This document shows, piece by piece, positions 27,907 to 38,925 of a stretch of 64,000 bases of DNA (the stretch's first letter is position 1; each line of letters opens with the position of its first letter). This stretch comes from a virus, in the IMG/VR virus record IMGVR_UViG_3300030060_003348, positions 5,818 to 69,817 of that record; one strand, 5' to 3'. Position numbers and translations under genes: made by a program. The notes under the pieces were generated by a model. That model was not told the DNA's origin. It did no database searches and was given only the letters and a program-made list of their open reading frames with translations.

Positions 27907-28890
27907 TTAATGTTTTATCCATTTAGATTTACCTCTTAGTATCTGAGTAATCTCTTCTAATTTAATTTCTGATAATCTTATTTTTGCTTTTCTAGTCTCA
28001 GCAAATCTTTCTTTTTTAAGTAAAGCAAGCATATTATGATCAACCGGTGACTTTGACTGCATACAAGCGTATAGCACGTGTTTTATTAAAGCTTCTTGAG
28101 CAAACTTATGTACTATAAAGTCTTTTTCAACATGTATTTCACTTTGCCAAGGATCAGTTGGTGTTATACCTTTGTTTTCTACACCGTCATTTAAATAAGC
28201 AACGCCATCACTTATATATTTTAATGTTATAGTTTTTCCAGTACAATTACTACTAAAATGTATTCTACCTTTATGATAATCTATATAAAAAGAACCGTTA
28301 ACATTCATGTGTTGTGGGTTGGCACCATATATTTGGCCAGCCTCATTATTTATAACATCATAATCTTCATATCTTCCACCAGGTGGAATTGTTGAGTTTG
28401 GTGTGTTACCATGATAATCAAACCAAGTGTTAGAATCACTAGCATGAGTTGTGTCATTATGGTTGTCAAATTCTAAAAAATAATTGTTATCTTGATTATA
28501 TGGTTTTGGGTTACTTGTTAATATAGCTGGAAATAAAGTGTGTTCTATACCATAATCATCTTTCCAGGTTACTTTTACGTAACCAACATAATCATGTGGT
28601 AACGCCATAACTAAAGATGGTGGTATTTCTATTTCCATATCTTTAATAGATCTAAAAGTGTCAAAACTTAATTCTTGTAAAGCTCTATTTGCATGATATT
28701 TTATATGCCTAAGTCTTACACCATCTAACATCATACCAGTACCTCCATAAGTAGCTAGTATATCGTTAACAACATCACCTATTTTTATAAACTGATAATT
28801 ACCATATTGTCTATCATCACCTGATAACTGAGTATTATCTTTACCTTGGTAATATTGTGTGTGGTTTAAAGTTATTAAGTTATCTGCCAT
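27907..28890 (-). CDS. Tail adaptor/ring protein
   Basis: LPHDYVGYVKV and LKYISDG; position between capsid and nozzle genes. Confidence 0.6.
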   Translation of the reverse strand: MADNLITLNHTQYYQGKDNTQLSGDDRQYGNYQFIKIGDVVNDILATYGGTGMMLDGVRLRHIKYHANRALQELSFDTFRSIKDMEIEIPPSLVMALPHDYVGYVKVTWKDDYGIEHTLFPAILTSNPKPYNQDNNYFLEFDNHNDTTHASDSNTWFDYHGNTPNSTIPPGGRYEDYDVINNEAGQIYGANPQHMNVNGSFYIDYHKGRIHFSSNCTGKTITLKYISDGVAYLNDGVENKGITPTDPWQSEIHVEKDFIVHKFAQEALIKHVLYACMQSKSPVDHNMLALLKKERFAETRKAKIRLSEIKLEEITQILRGKSKWIKH

Positions 28891-28896
28891 TTTCTA

Positions 28897-29712
28897 TTAT
28901 TTTGTTTGTTGAGCGTTTTGTGATTCTTCGTTTGAAGCTATTTGTACTAAACCTGGTTTGTTTATTGTTATACCAGCTAGTTCTAATATTTTTATAACTA
29001 AATTTGTTTCTTCTGATCTATGTAAGTTAAAATCAGTTGATGTGTTTGAGTCATATAAGGCTTTTTCATTTACAACAACATAACCCCATTTTACAGGAGC
29101 AGGTGGATCTGCTACAACTTCTACTTTTAGCGAATTAGCAGTTGTAATAGCTTGTTGACCAGTGTCTTCTCTATATAAAGAAAAACTACCATCGGTATTT
29201 TCTGTATAATAATATTCAGGAGGATCAACACTATGCCATCTACTACTATTTTTAGCAACGTACAGCTCTTGTAGCATTGGTAACGTATAATACTCTATAA
29301 GTTTTAAGGGAATTTGTGCTCCGGTTGGAGAACCAGGGTTGGATTCAAAATACATTCTACCAGTTCTATATATTGAGTTTGATAAAGCTGGCATAACAAA
29401 AGTTTGACCACTAACAGCTAAACTAACAGGTGTAGCTTCATATATAGATATTTTTTCTCTTAATATATTAACAGTGTCACCAAAGTCTGGCTCTAACGGA
29501 TTGTTTGCACCTGGGGATTGTTGAGCATCTCCTCTTTTGCTTAAATTAACCATAGCGGCTAAATCGTAAAAGTATTGCTCAAATATATCTAACTGTGCTT
29601 GATTAGCATGTAGATTAAATTCTTGTGGCGTAATGTAGCCTCGTTGCTCTTTGTTAGCTAACGCTAATACTCTTTGATATACTGTATCTATACTTATGCT
29701 TGTATTCGCCAT
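28897..29712 (-). CDS. Tail adaptor/ring (tubular) protein
   Basis: NKEQRGYITPQEFN motif and position; start moved to ATG 29712. Confidence 0.6.
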   Translation of the reverse strand: MANTSISIDTVYQRVLALANKEQRGYITPQEFNLHANQAQLDIFEQYFYDLAAMVNLSKRGDAQQSPGANNPLEPDFGDTVNILREKISIYEATPVSLAVSGQTFVMPALSNSIYRTGRMYFESNPGSPTGAQIPLKLIEYYTLPMLQELYVAKNSSRWHSVDPPEYYYTENTDGSFSLYREDTGQQAITTANSLKVEVVADPPAPVKWGYVVVNEKALYDSNTSTDFNLHRSEETNLVIKILELAGITINKPGLVQIASNEESQNAQQTK

Positions 29713-29731
29713 ATATTTTTTTATATTTACA

Positions 29732-29766
29732 AGTATAACAACCACCCCGAAGGGTGATTGTATACT
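29732..29766 (-). terminator. UUCG-capped hairpin (weak terminator or stability element)
   Basis: AGTATA-ACAACCACCC-CGAA-GGGTGATTG-TATACT, intergenic, poor U tract. Confidence 0.55.
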
Positions 29767-29773
29767 AATTTGT

Positions 29774-30619
29774 TTACTTCAATTGTTTTTCAATATGCTT
29801 TAAAACTTCCATACCTTCATCGGTTTTAAACCAAGAAGCTAAAGCAGAATATGGATGTTCATCAAAAGGAACATTCATTATTTTTCTATCGTTACTTCCA
29901 AAAGAAAAGCTTCTTTGATCGTGCGAAAGTTTAAGAATACCGTTTTCGGTTGCTTTTATACCAATATTTCTTAAATGTATACTTTCGTCTTTACATAAAT
30001 CTAAGAATAAACGAGGTTTCTCTTTTGCAAATACTAGTACATCTCGTTTAAGCTCCCTAGAAGTCATGCTAGATACCTTAGAACCAATCTCAACACGCAT
30101 AATAGCTTCAACCATATCTATATCTAGGTTTCTAGCTTCTATCATCGCGTCTAGTTGATGATTAAGAACATCTAAGTGTGTAGTTGCTTTTACCTCAGGC
30201 ATAACCTCGTACCAAAGTTTATTTACTTTTGGGTGATATATACTCATAAACTTTTGAAAGTTTACTTTGTTTTTTGGTATACTTAAAACTCCGTTTCTAA
30301 AAATTATTCTACCGGGTCTTATTTGACCTTGCATTTCGTCTACAAACGGTGTGTTTTGGTTTTCAGTTAAAGCTATTTCTCTTTCATAGCCTTTTTCTTT
30401 ATCAAAATAAAATAATTTACTAGACTTAATACTGTAAGTTAATGGTTTGGTACCATCTTTTAATAAATAAATTCTATCTTTTATTTCCCAGTCACCAGCC
30501 ATGTTTTTAACTGGTTCTTGTCTTTTTGGTTTTTCAACCTTTGGTGCTTCCACTACTGGAGTTTCCATTACTGGAGTTTCTACAGGCACCTCTGTTTTTG
30601 TTTCTTGTTTTTTTGCCAT
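29774..30619 (-). CDS. Capsid-adjacent hypothetical protein
   Basis: 281-aa ORF immediately after the major capsid gene. Confidence 0.6.
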   Translation of the reverse strand: MAKKQETKTEVPVETPVMETPVVEAPKVEKPKRQEPVKNMAGDWEIKDRIYLLKDGTKPLTYSIKSSKLFYFDKEKGYEREIALTENQNTPFVDEMQGQIRPGRIIFRNGVLSIPKNKVNFQKFMSIYHPKVNKLWYEVMPEVKATTHLDVLNHQLDAMIEARNLDIDMVEAIMRVEIGSKVSSMTSRELKRDVLVFAKEKPRLFLDLCKDESIHLRNIGIKATENGILKLSHDQRSFSFGSNDRKIMNVPFDEHPYSALASWFKTDEGMEVLKHIEKQLK

Positions 30620-30642
30620 AATATAATATAATATAAGTTAAT

Positions 30643-30683
30643 AAAAAAAATAAAAGGACCGAGGCCGAAGCCCCGGTTCTTTT
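30643..30683 (-). terminator. Intrinsic terminator after the major capsid gene
   Basis: GC-rich stem with cUUCGg loop on the minus strand followed by a U-rich tract. Confidence 0.85.
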
Positions 30684-30696
30684 AAAAATCTAATGT

Positions 30697-32136
30697 TTAT
30701 CCTTTCATTAGTACAAAGTTATTTGCACCTTGAACAACTAAACATCTTTCAGATAAGAAGTGCATCTCCATCGCATCTAAATCAGAAGTAGTAGCACCAA
30801 CCGAACCAGTAGTCCAAGTTTTGTACTTTCTGCTTTCCATGTTAGAAGCTCTGTAACGTACATGTAAGAAAGGTCTCTTAAGATTCTTTCCTAATGATTG
30901 GTCGTATACAGAAGATACACCAGCAGGTATCATAACACCGTGGATAGCATTAGTACCGTCCGTAGAGTTAATTAAACCTCTTGTTGATTTATCGTTTAGA
31001 TATTTGAAATCAGATTTGTAGAAGTCATAAGAACCTCTTCTGAAACCAGTGAAACCTAAGTTCAACGCCATGTCTTCTTCGTTGTTAAATACACCGTAAG
31101 CGACACCACCCTGAGCACCAGATGATAAACCTGCAAGCATGTCATCAATTGCTAGTGATACAGTTCTGTCAACGAACATCATGTTTTCTTCAATAGCACC
31201 GTTAGCATCAAGCTCGTCGATAATTAAATCAAACTCAGTTAATGTAGCAGCGTTATCTAAAGCATTAGATACATTACCTCTAGTTTCTAAAGCTTCCCAA
31301 AGACCTTCAGTTCCAGCAATTACACCAGCACCAGTAGCAGTATTTGCTAACGCTGTTGTTGGAGCAGTTGATTCCATCATTGCCATTTCTAAGTAGTCAG
31401 AGAATCTAGCTTTAGTATCACCTGAAGCTTTTAGGTACCATAAGTAACCTGATTGACCTTCTTCACCAGAAATTTCAACCCAACCAATTTGAGAAGCGTC
31501 AGATCCAGAGATCTCATACTTGTCTTTTAATATGATTGGCTTGTTAGTTCTAGATTTGTGCTGAGGAACGTTAGCACCATCTCTACCTAAAGTTCCTTTT
31601 GCAAATTCAGATCCATATACTAGTATGCTAACTTCACCAGCGGCTAAGTTACCACTAGCAGCGTTAGCGCCATCGTAACGTAAAGCATCTACAACACCAG
31701 TAGTAGCGTTAACAGCTTTTACAAACATCTGAACAGTGTCATCAGCGTCTGATACTAAAAGCATGTCACCAACTCTAATACCGTGTTCAGTTGCACCTAC
31801 AGCGATACCGTCTACGTCAGTAGAACCAGTACCAAAAGTAAATGTAGCAACTTTCGCAGCAGCAGTCATGTCAACTAGTTTGTATGATAAATGTAATCTA
31901 CCTTGCTCTGACCAAATTACTTGATCAGCCGCCATAGATTCTTCAGCCCCAACTTGCGATAAGAAACCTGATATAGTTCTGTTTCCAAAAACTTCAGCTT
32001 CTTTCTCCATTAGGTCTGGTAAGTATTGTTGTGCCCAGTCATTAGTTCCATTTGCGAAATCTAAATAAGCAGTGCTCAACGTTTGTTTAGTCGGTGCTGG
32101 AGTATAACCAGCAGCCGGTACACCTGTTACAGCCAT
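30697..32136 (-). CDS. Major capsid protein
   Basis: 479 aa, downstream of portal and scaffold, followed by a strong terminator; WSEQGRLH and GFRRGSYDF motifs. Confidence 0.8.
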   Translation of the reverse strand: MAVTGVPAAGYTPAPTKQTLSTAYLDFANGTNDWAQQYLPDLMEKEAEVFGNRTISGFLSQVGAEESMAADQVIWSEQGRLHLSYKLVDMTAAAKVATFTFGTGSTDVDGIAVGATEHGIRVGDMLLVSDADDTVQMFVKAVNATTGVVDALRYDGANAASGNLAAGEVSILVYGSEFAKGTLGRDGANVPQHKSRTNKPIILKDKYEISGSDASQIGWVEISGEEGQSGYLWYLKASGDTKARFSDYLEMAMMESTAPTTALANTATGAGVIAGTEGLWEALETRGNVSNALDNAATLTEFDLIIDELDANGAIEENMMFVDRTVSLAIDDMLAGLSSGAQGGVAYGVFNNEEDMALNLGFTGFRRGSYDFYKSDFKYLNDKSTRGLINSTDGTNAIHGVMIPAGVSSVYDQSLGKNLKRPFLHVRYRASNMESRKYKTWTTGSVGATTSDLDAMEMHFLSERCLVVQGANNFVLMKG

Positions 32137-32161
32137 AATTTTAAATTTTTAAATTAATAGT

Positions 32162-33307
32162 TTATTTTCTTATTCTTTTTTTAACTCGTAGCTTCATGTC
32201 GTTTGCGCTGTCTCCCAACACTTTAAACTTGATACCTCCTTGACCTTCATAAACTTTATGAGACTCTCTTGATGTATTAATGTTTTTTGACTCGGCAACT
32301 GATTGCTTTATAGCATCAGATTTACCTTGCTCATAGAAATGTTTAGCTATTGCATCAGGATTCATTGCAGTAAAAAGTCCTTTGTGATAACCAGCAGCAT
32401 CACTCATAACATTTTTATCGTTTAGAAACTTTCCAACGAAGTTATTAATGTCTATTTGCGTAGTTTTCACATTTTCAACATTCCCAACATCATAAACCAT
32501 TTTTTGGTCACCGATATTAAATTCAAAACCTTTAAAGTTTTTATTAAAAACTTTGTCAGTTTGTTCTTTAAATGCAGTTTGTTGGGTTTGTATCATTTTT
32601 GCTGTTTCTTCCTCCTGTGCATTGTACTTATTGAAGAATTCAACTGCTTCTTGTTGCTCACTCGTGAGCTTTGAACCAGCTTTTATTTCTTCATAATATT
32701 TGGATTTTCGCTCTTCCAAGTGAGACCTAGCCTCAGCAACTTGCTCTTTTAAGGCCAATTTTTTTCTTTTAACTTCTTTTTCGTCCATCACCTCTTCATC
32801 TACAGAATACTTATCTTCTAATAAAAAGTTTATTTCTTCATCAGAAAGGTGTGGTTTTGTTTCTTTGTAATAATTATGCATTACTTCAGAGTCATCTAAC
32901 TCTTTAACATCTGTGTTTAATCTTACATAATCATTTATATCTCCACCAGTGTCGTTCATAAACTCAACAAGTTTTTGAACATTTTCTGGAACTTCTATAT
33001 ACTCTTCTTCAGACTCTACCTGTTGTTCTTCAACATTTTCACCAGCGCTTGGTTCTTCATTTTGAACGGTTTGCTCCCCTGGTGGTACTTCTTCAACCAC
33101 TTCTTGTACAGCTTCGGTTGGTTGATCTGCAGGTACGTCTGTTGTTTCTTGCTCTTGATCGGCATTACTAGTTTCGTTAAATTTGTTAAGATCTACTTTT
33201 ATATCACCATCATCATTGTATGATATGTGAGTAGGTTCTACTTGTTCTGTGGTTTCTTCCACAGGTTGTTGTGTGGTTTCTTCAACCACGTCTTTGTTTT
33301 CTTCCAT
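32162..33307 (-). CDS. Capsid scaffolding protein
   Basis: Very acidic N-terminus and coiled coil, between portal and capsid genes. Confidence 0.65.
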   Translation of the reverse strand: MEENKDVVEETTQQPVEETTEQVEPTHISYNDDGDIKVDLNKFNETSNADQEQETTDVPADQPTEAVQEVVEEVPPGEQTVQNEEPSAGENVEEQQVESEEEYIEVPENVQKLVEFMNDTGGDINDYVRLNTDVKELDDSEVMHNYYKETKPHLSDEEINFLLEDKYSVDEEVMDEKEVKRKKLALKEQVAEARSHLEERKSKYYEEIKAGSKLTSEQQEAVEFFNKYNAQEEETAKMIQTQQTAFKEQTDKVFNKNFKGFEFNIGDQKMVYDVGNVENVKTTQIDINNFVGKFLNDKNVMSDAAGYHKGLFTAMNPDAIAKHFYEQGKSDAIKQSVAESKNINTSRESHKVYEGQGGIKFKVLGDSANDMKLRVKKRIRK

Positions 33308-33327
33308 AATAAAATAATATTAAATAA

Positions 33328-35676
33328 TTAGTTTTGTGTTAATCCAGCAACTCCCATTCCTCCTTTCATTTCGTCCATACCTTTAGACTCAAATTTTTGT
33401 TGCTCTCTTCTTTCTTTACCTTGCTCTTTTACATCTTCTTTTTGTAAAGCAGCTTTATTTTCCATTTGTTTTAGCTCTTTGTTAAGTTTAAACTCATGGT
33501 CCATAAGTTTCATTTTAAGCTCTGCCTCTTCTCTCATGTATTGTATTTTCATACCGTTTCTTTTCTCCTCCATTTGCATATCAGCTTCTAATTTAGCCTG
33601 TTGTTTTTGTTGCTCGGCTTGAGCTGCTGCTTGAGCTGTTTGTTGTTGAGACTGACTTTGAGCGTCTATATTTTGCTTTTGCATAGCCTGCTCTCTTTCC
33701 AGTTTCTTTTTCTTTTTATACTTTATTAACTGGTTAGCCATTTTTAGATTTTTAACCTGCCTAATGTCAATAGCATCGTCAACATCTAAACTTTTTTGTT
33801 GTATAGCCATTTGAATATTATTCTCAAGCTGGGCTTTCTCCTCTTCATCTGGTGCTAAATCAATAAATATACCAAAATCATAAAGGTGCAATTCCTTCAT
33901 CTCATCTAATGTAGCTACGTTGTGAGCTCCTATCTGTTGTATAAAAGCATCTTTTGTTGGTGAATATTCTACAATATCAGATACTCTTAGTGATAATTGC
34001 TCTGCGACTTCAACTGTTAAAAATAAACTAGAATCTAAAATATGTCTTGTAGCTACATTTGAGTTAGCCGCAGCTAATTTCTGTATACCAACTAATGATC
34101 TAGAATCAGGTGTAGAAGCATCTCTAGCCTCATTTAAACCGGTTACATCTCTAATCATTTGCAGATAATAGTTATAGTTACCTATTAACGCTTGTAATTT
34201 ACCGCCAACTCCTTGACCGTTTGATATTTCTTGTATAGGTACTTTTCCTGGATTTTGGTCTCCATCTTGAGTGAAAGATCTACCAACAACCGATCCAGTT
34301 TGGAAGAACATGTTTAAAGCTTCTTGTGCGTTATAATTTGTTCCATTACCTAAATCAACCTCTGCTAAACCATCGACATCTAAAAACACACCATCAGGAA
34401 CCATTCTTGATAATACTTGTTGTAATTTTAAATGTGTTAACTGTATCATATCAGCAAAGCTAGTAATTCTACTAACAATAGATTCTATTTTACCGTTATA
34501 CATTTTAGGAGCAACAATAGAATAATTCATTTTAACTTTATTCATATCGCTTTTAGTTCTCATCATATTGTCAGCTTTTTTCCACTTTAACAATATATCT
34601 GTTCCTAAAACTAAAGCTCCCTCAAACAAACACTCTATAGATCTTTGTAATCTTGAGTAATCAGCGGCATCTTTTGGTGGTTTAAACGTGTCGTCTCTAC
34701 GTATAGATTTCTCAGCGCCAGAACCTAATTTTTTAACCTTGTATACATCATTCATGTATGTTTTGTAGTTAAAATATAATATAGCAACTTTATTTTTATC
34801 ATTATCAGCTTGAACAAAACCATTTCCGGTTCTATTAGTATATTTAGAAACTATATTTTTTAATTGAAAATGATCTAAATGTGGAAACTCTTTTGCAACT
34901 TCATTTACTGGTATATATTTAACCTCTCCAACATAATATATGTCTTCAAAGTAAGGTGATTCTGTATAAGAATAAACTAAATTAGCTGGATCAACATATT
35001 CTACCTTAGCACCTTCGGACCAGTTAAAAGTTGTTTTACAAGCACCAATACCTAATACTGTTAAATCTTCTAAACACCTTCTTCTAATTAAATCATACTT
35101 ACAACCGTCCATCAAAGTATTTAAAGCCGTTTCGTTTGCAATTTCAACAGCTTGTTTGTAACTAAGCTGCATGTGTAGTTCTAGCTCTGCTTTTGTATCT
35201 GGTAATTCTGCTGGATCATTTTTGTATAAATCTACATTAAAAAGCTGTTTTGCGTTATCGTTAAACTCTCTTGATTGCATATCAGCCATAAGGCCTTCCA
35301 TGTACTCTGTTCTTTTTGCTACTCCGTATTGATCTTGCGAATACGCTTTTAGCTCATAACCTCTACCAGCCATACCGTTAACAACTATGTCAACAAATTT
35401 AGGTATAATTGGAACTGGTGTCCAGTCTAAGTTTAAATAGCTTAAGTCGCCATTTATTGATAACTCATCTTTATATTTTTGTATGCTTTGTTCTCCCCTC
35501 GCGTATAATCTTAAATTATGAAATTTCCTTTGTGTATGTGAAGATCTACTGTGAGCAGGACCATCAAACCACTCTAGCTCTATAGCCTTAGCTACTTTTA
35601 AGCCATAGTCTTCAGTCATCTTTTCTAGATCACTTACGACTTGAGAAGGAAAATTTTTATGTACAGACTCTGCCAT
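33328..35676 (-). CDS. Portal protein
   Basis: 782 aa after the terminase; PIIPKFVDIVVNG and VTGLNEARD motifs; Q-rich C-terminal coiled coil. Confidence 0.85.
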   Translation of the reverse strand: MAESVHKNFPSQVVSDLEKMTEDYGLKVAKAIELEWFDGPAHSRSSHTQRKFHNLRLYARGEQSIQKYKDELSINGDLSYLNLDWTPVPIIPKFVDIVVNGMAGRGYELKAYSQDQYGVAKRTEYMEGLMADMQSREFNDNAKQLFNVDLYKNDPAELPDTKAELELHMQLSYKQAVEIANETALNTLMDGCKYDLIRRRCLEDLTVLGIGACKTTFNWSEGAKVEYVDPANLVYSYTESPYFEDIYYVGEVKYIPVNEVAKEFPHLDHFQLKNIVSKYTNRTGNGFVQADNDKNKVAILYFNYKTYMNDVYKVKKLGSGAEKSIRRDDTFKPPKDAADYSRLQRSIECLFEGALVLGTDILLKWKKADNMMRTKSDMNKVKMNYSIVAPKMYNGKIESIVSRITSFADMIQLTHLKLQQVLSRMVPDGVFLDVDGLAEVDLGNGTNYNAQEALNMFFQTGSVVGRSFTQDGDQNPGKVPIQEISNGQGVGGKLQALIGNYNYYLQMIRDVTGLNEARDASTPDSRSLVGIQKLAAANSNVATRHILDSSLFLTVEVAEQLSLRVSDIVEYSPTKDAFIQQIGAHNVATLDEMKELHLYDFGIFIDLAPDEEEKAQLENNIQMAIQQKSLDVDDAIDIRQVKNLKMANQLIKYKKKKKLEREQAMQKQNIDAQSQSQQQTAQAAAQAEQQKQQAKLEADMQMEEKRNGMKIQYMREEAELKMKLMDHEFKLNKELKQMENKAALQKEDVKEQGKERREQQKFESKGMDEMKGGMGVAGLTQN

Positions 35677-35677
35677 A

Positions 35678-37894
35678 TTATCGTTTAATTATTGTTGAAT
35701 TTGTGCCTCTATTATTATATCTGGCTATATTTATATCTACTTTTGGTTTTTCTATTTTAGCATTTGGAGTATAAAGATGTTTATTACAAGCCATTATAGC
35801 TAAACCAGAACTTATAGTTGCATCAAATTTTGTTCTTTTTGTTATATCAAATTTACTCCAATCGTTTAATGTATTGTTAAAATACATATTACCGTAAACA
35901 CCCTCTTTAGTTTCTCCGACCTTTTCTTGTATATACATTTCAATAGCCGCAGCGTGAGCTTGTTTTATATCTTCACTAGAGTTTGGTATACCACCTATTT
36001 CTTTTTCTGCTACAGATAATTTATTCCAAACTTTATCAGGTCTGTTCATGCTAAAACCTCTATACCCTCTTCTTCTAAAATAATAAAGTAATCTTGGTTT
36101 ATTATTTTCTGCAAGTATTGGCATGCCATAAAATACACAAGCCATTAATACATCTTCAAAAAACATATCAGCTGTTTGTGGTCTTGCTATGTATTCTAAA
36201 AAAAACTGGCTTGGTGGCGCGTTTTCCATCGAAAACTTAGTTAATCCATGTAGCGCTCCTTTAGATCCTTTACCATCAACAGTACCACTAATATCGTAAC
36301 TGTCACAGCCAAACGCACCGACGTGCTCATTACCTGGGTATCTAATTCCATTTTTTATAATTTGTTTGTTTTGTATTTCACCAGGTGGTACCCAGCTAAT
36401 ATTAAACCTACCTTTTGGATTTGGATAAAAAATAACTTTCCCATCTTTTACACCATTAACCCATTGAAAATTACCTTTTGTTATACCTAAGCTATTATAA
36501 AGACCTTCGTTATAATCTATTTGTTCGTATATTTTAACTAAGTTAAATATACTATTTTTTGACTCATCTCTAAAAGCGTGTTCTGTAGTTCTTGGAAACT
36601 GTCTGTAAAACTCGTTTAAAGCATCTTGATCTGACTTCAATCCATCAACTTCATTTTGCCAATTATCTATTACACCTAAATCTATTAACTCTCCATGTGG
36701 GTCAACGATGTCGATGTCAGGCGTAGTAAATACAGGAAGTCCGTATTCGTCAATAAATCCTTCATAGTTCCATTCCATTGGGATAAACAAAGAGTACAAA
36801 CCAGACTTCGTTTGACCATTTCTATTTCGCTCTGTGACATCGGAACTGTTGTATAGTTTTTTAAAATTGTCTCCACCTTTGTCTAATGCGTTTGAAGTCG
36901 AGCCCATCATACATTTACCTATAATCCTACTACCTAATCGTAAACATGTTTTTGTAACCCTCCAGTTATTTAATATATTATCGGGTCTTTCCCACTTACC
37001 ACTTTCATCGTGTACTAGTAAAGATAACTTTTCACCATCATAACTATTATCTCCTGTGTTTTTCCAATCTATTGTAGTGTCTAATCCTTGTAAATCCTCA
37101 ACCTGTTCGTTTGCTGTAATTTTTCTTCTTGTAAACTTACTGGCTGGTACTCTATACGCCAATTCTGTTTTAGGTCGATCCATACCATCTTGGATAGGTT
37201 TAAAAAAGAAAGGATAGTTTATACTAATTGGTACAACTTTATCTGTAAACATTTTCTTAGCATCAGCACCCGTTTTAGACAGTATACCATACCTACTATC
37301 ACTTGACATTGTTGCTAGATTAACAGTCTCAGCTGATGACATAAAAGAAAAACCAGATCGTCTATTTTTAAGGTAACACATACCATAACATCTTTTATCA
37401 GCTTTACATGCCTCCCAAAATATATAAAATATTCTATTAGCTTCCCTAAAATCTGGAGCACCGACATCTATTTTGCTCCATTGTAAATACATGTAGTGTG
37501 TTCCTACTATATAAGTTGGTTTACCATTGTTAATAAACCAAAAACCTTCGTCTCTTCTTTTAAACTCCTCATCAATATAATCATACCATTTAGCCTTGTT
37601 TTCTTCTGGATAAGATCTCCAATCAAATATATTTTTTAATCTAGCTAAATCTTTAGGATATTCTTGTTTTACCCATTTATTATCTTCGTTCTTATATATT
37701 TCTTTTGGTTGTTTTGGTAACGCTATTTGTAAATTTTGAATTTCAAGTATTTCACCAATTTGACCAGTTCTTGATATAACGATAATATCATGTTCTTTAT
37801 TGTATCCATATTTCCATTTTTTACCACGATTTAAACGTGTTATAGTTGTTTGTTTTATAGGCTCTACAACCTTAACCAAATTTTGCTCGTACAT
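35678..37894 (-). CDS. terL: Terminase large subunit
   Basis: Walker A-like KNRRSGFS, Walker B LLVHDESGK, motif III GSTSN, nuclease GCDSYD...FDATIS. Confidence 0.9.
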   Translation of the reverse strand: MYEQNLVKVVEPIKQTTITRLNRGKKWKYGYNKEHDIIVISRTGQIGEILEIQNLQIALPKQPKEIYKNEDNKWVKQEYPKDLARLKNIFDWRSYPEENKAKWYDYIDEEFKRRDEGFWFINNGKPTYIVGTHYMYLQWSKIDVGAPDFREANRIFYIFWEACKADKRCYGMCYLKNRRSGFSFMSSAETVNLATMSSDSRYGILSKTGADAKKMFTDKVVPISINYPFFFKPIQDGMDRPKTELAYRVPASKFTRRKITANEQVEDLQGLDTTIDWKNTGDNSYDGEKLSLLVHDESGKWERPDNILNNWRVTKTCLRLGSRIIGKCMMGSTSNALDKGGDNFKKLYNSSDVTERNRNGQTKSGLYSLFIPMEWNYEGFIDEYGLPVFTTPDIDIVDPHGELIDLGVIDNWQNEVDGLKSDQDALNEFYRQFPRTTEHAFRDESKNSIFNLVKIYEQIDYNEGLYNSLGITKGNFQWVNGVKDGKVIFYPNPKGRFNISWVPPGEIQNKQIIKNGIRYPGNEHVGAFGCDSYDISGTVDGKGSKGALHGLTKFSMENAPPSQFFLEYIARPQTADMFFEDVLMACVFYGMPILAENNKPRLLYYFRRRGYRGFSMNRPDKVWNKLSVAEKEIGGIPNSSEDIKQAHAAAIEMYIQEKVGETKEGVYGNMYFNNTLNDWSKFDITKRTKFDATISSGLAIMACNKHLYTPNAKIEKPKVDINIARYNNRGTNSTIIKR

Positions 37895-38172
37895 TACTTA
37901 GATCTACTTTCTGCGAATCCCTTAAAAGTCTTTTTCTTTGTCTCTTCAGGTGTTTTTCCCTCAAGCATGTTTTTTTCCTCTTGAATTCTGTTAAGTATCT
38001 CGAATGCGTCAAATATAGCTAGTTTTTTTGTAGCTGCAGCATTTTTTAATCTATCGGCAGAAACATCATCTTCTGTATTAGTAATAATCTTTTCTCTAGC
38101 TACATTAATAAGCTCTTCAACTGCCCTGTGCCCAGCTTGGATTATAAGTTTTTTCGTTTCCTTGATATTCAT
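37894..38172 (-). CDS. Possible terminase small subunit
   Basis: 92-aa helical protein abutting terL. Confidence 0.4.
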   Translation of the reverse strand: MNIKETKKLIIQAGHRAVEELINVAREKIITNTEDDVSADRLKNAAATKKLAIFDAFEILNRIQEEKNMLEGKTPEETKKKTFKGFAESRSK

Positions 38173-38704
38173 ATTTAATTGTAATTGAATTTGATCTAAC
38201 TCTGTATAATCTTTGTCCGTCTATAACAAACTCAAATTTACTACGAGCTTTAAATTGTACTAAACTGTTTTTTTCAACAGTACCGTCAGAATAAACAACA
38301 ACGCCTCTTAGCTGTTCTTTTTCATTGTATAATTCATTTGTTTCTTCTAATGGTTGTAAAAATAAATAACCTTTTAATGGTTTCCAGTTGTTATTTATTT
38401 TATAAGCATATATTTGATCTGGATAAACTATATATGTTTTTTCATTAAAAAAACTAGCACTATTTTTTTCTTCAGCATATTGATTGTACCATCTTCTAAA
38501 AACGTTGTGATGTACTATAACTGTATCACCAACCTTTATGTCTGTTTCAGAAAGTATTGGTACCGCTTTTACAATAGCTTCTCTATTTATAAATTGATGA
38601 TTAGATATTTCAGTATTTAAAACAAGTTCTTTGTCACCAATTTTTTTACTATTATTGTATCTTTCACCTTTTGGTTCTATAACAAAACCATAAACGCTTT
38701 TCAT
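38117..38704 (-). CDS. Tandem GroES-like fold protein
   Basis: Two halves, FVIEPK...IKVGDTVIVHH and WKPLKGYLFLQP...GVVVY...FVIDGQRLYRV. Confidence 0.5.
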   Translation of the reverse strand: MKSVYGFVIEPKGERYNNSKKIGDKELVLNTEISNHQFINREAIVKAVPILSETDIKVGDTVIVHHNVFRRWYNQYAEEKNSASFFNEKTYIVYPDQIYAYKINNNWKPLKGYLFLQPLEETNELYNEKEQLRGVVVYSDGTVEKNSLVQFKARSKFEFVIDGQRLYRVRSNSITIKYEYQGNEKTYNPSWAQGS

Positions 38705-38925
38705 TAGTATTCTAAATTATATTCTACAGATATAGCCATGTTTTTATTAAAGTCTTTCCAAGGTATAACTTGATTTCTTTTTTTAATATATATAGAATAC
38801 TTATCGTCCTCCTCTAGTATGTTACAGATGGTATGACCGCCATACACTTCTTGCCCCACGGCATAGTGCATAGCGTCATTTTTATAATCTTTACCTATAC
38901 TGATTTTACGAATTAACCTCTCCAT
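38704..38925 (-). CDS. Hypothetical protein
   Basis: MERLIRKISIGKDYKNDAMHY; start refined. Confidence 0.65.
   Translation of the reverse strand: MERLIRKISIGKDYKNDAMHYAVGQEVYGGHTICNILEEDDKYSIYIKKRNQVIPWKDFNKNMAISVEYNLEY

Noticed and set aside
35678-37894. Intron or intein in terminase, portal or reductase
   Set aside because: Frames are continuous and no intein or homing-endonuclease motifs were seen.
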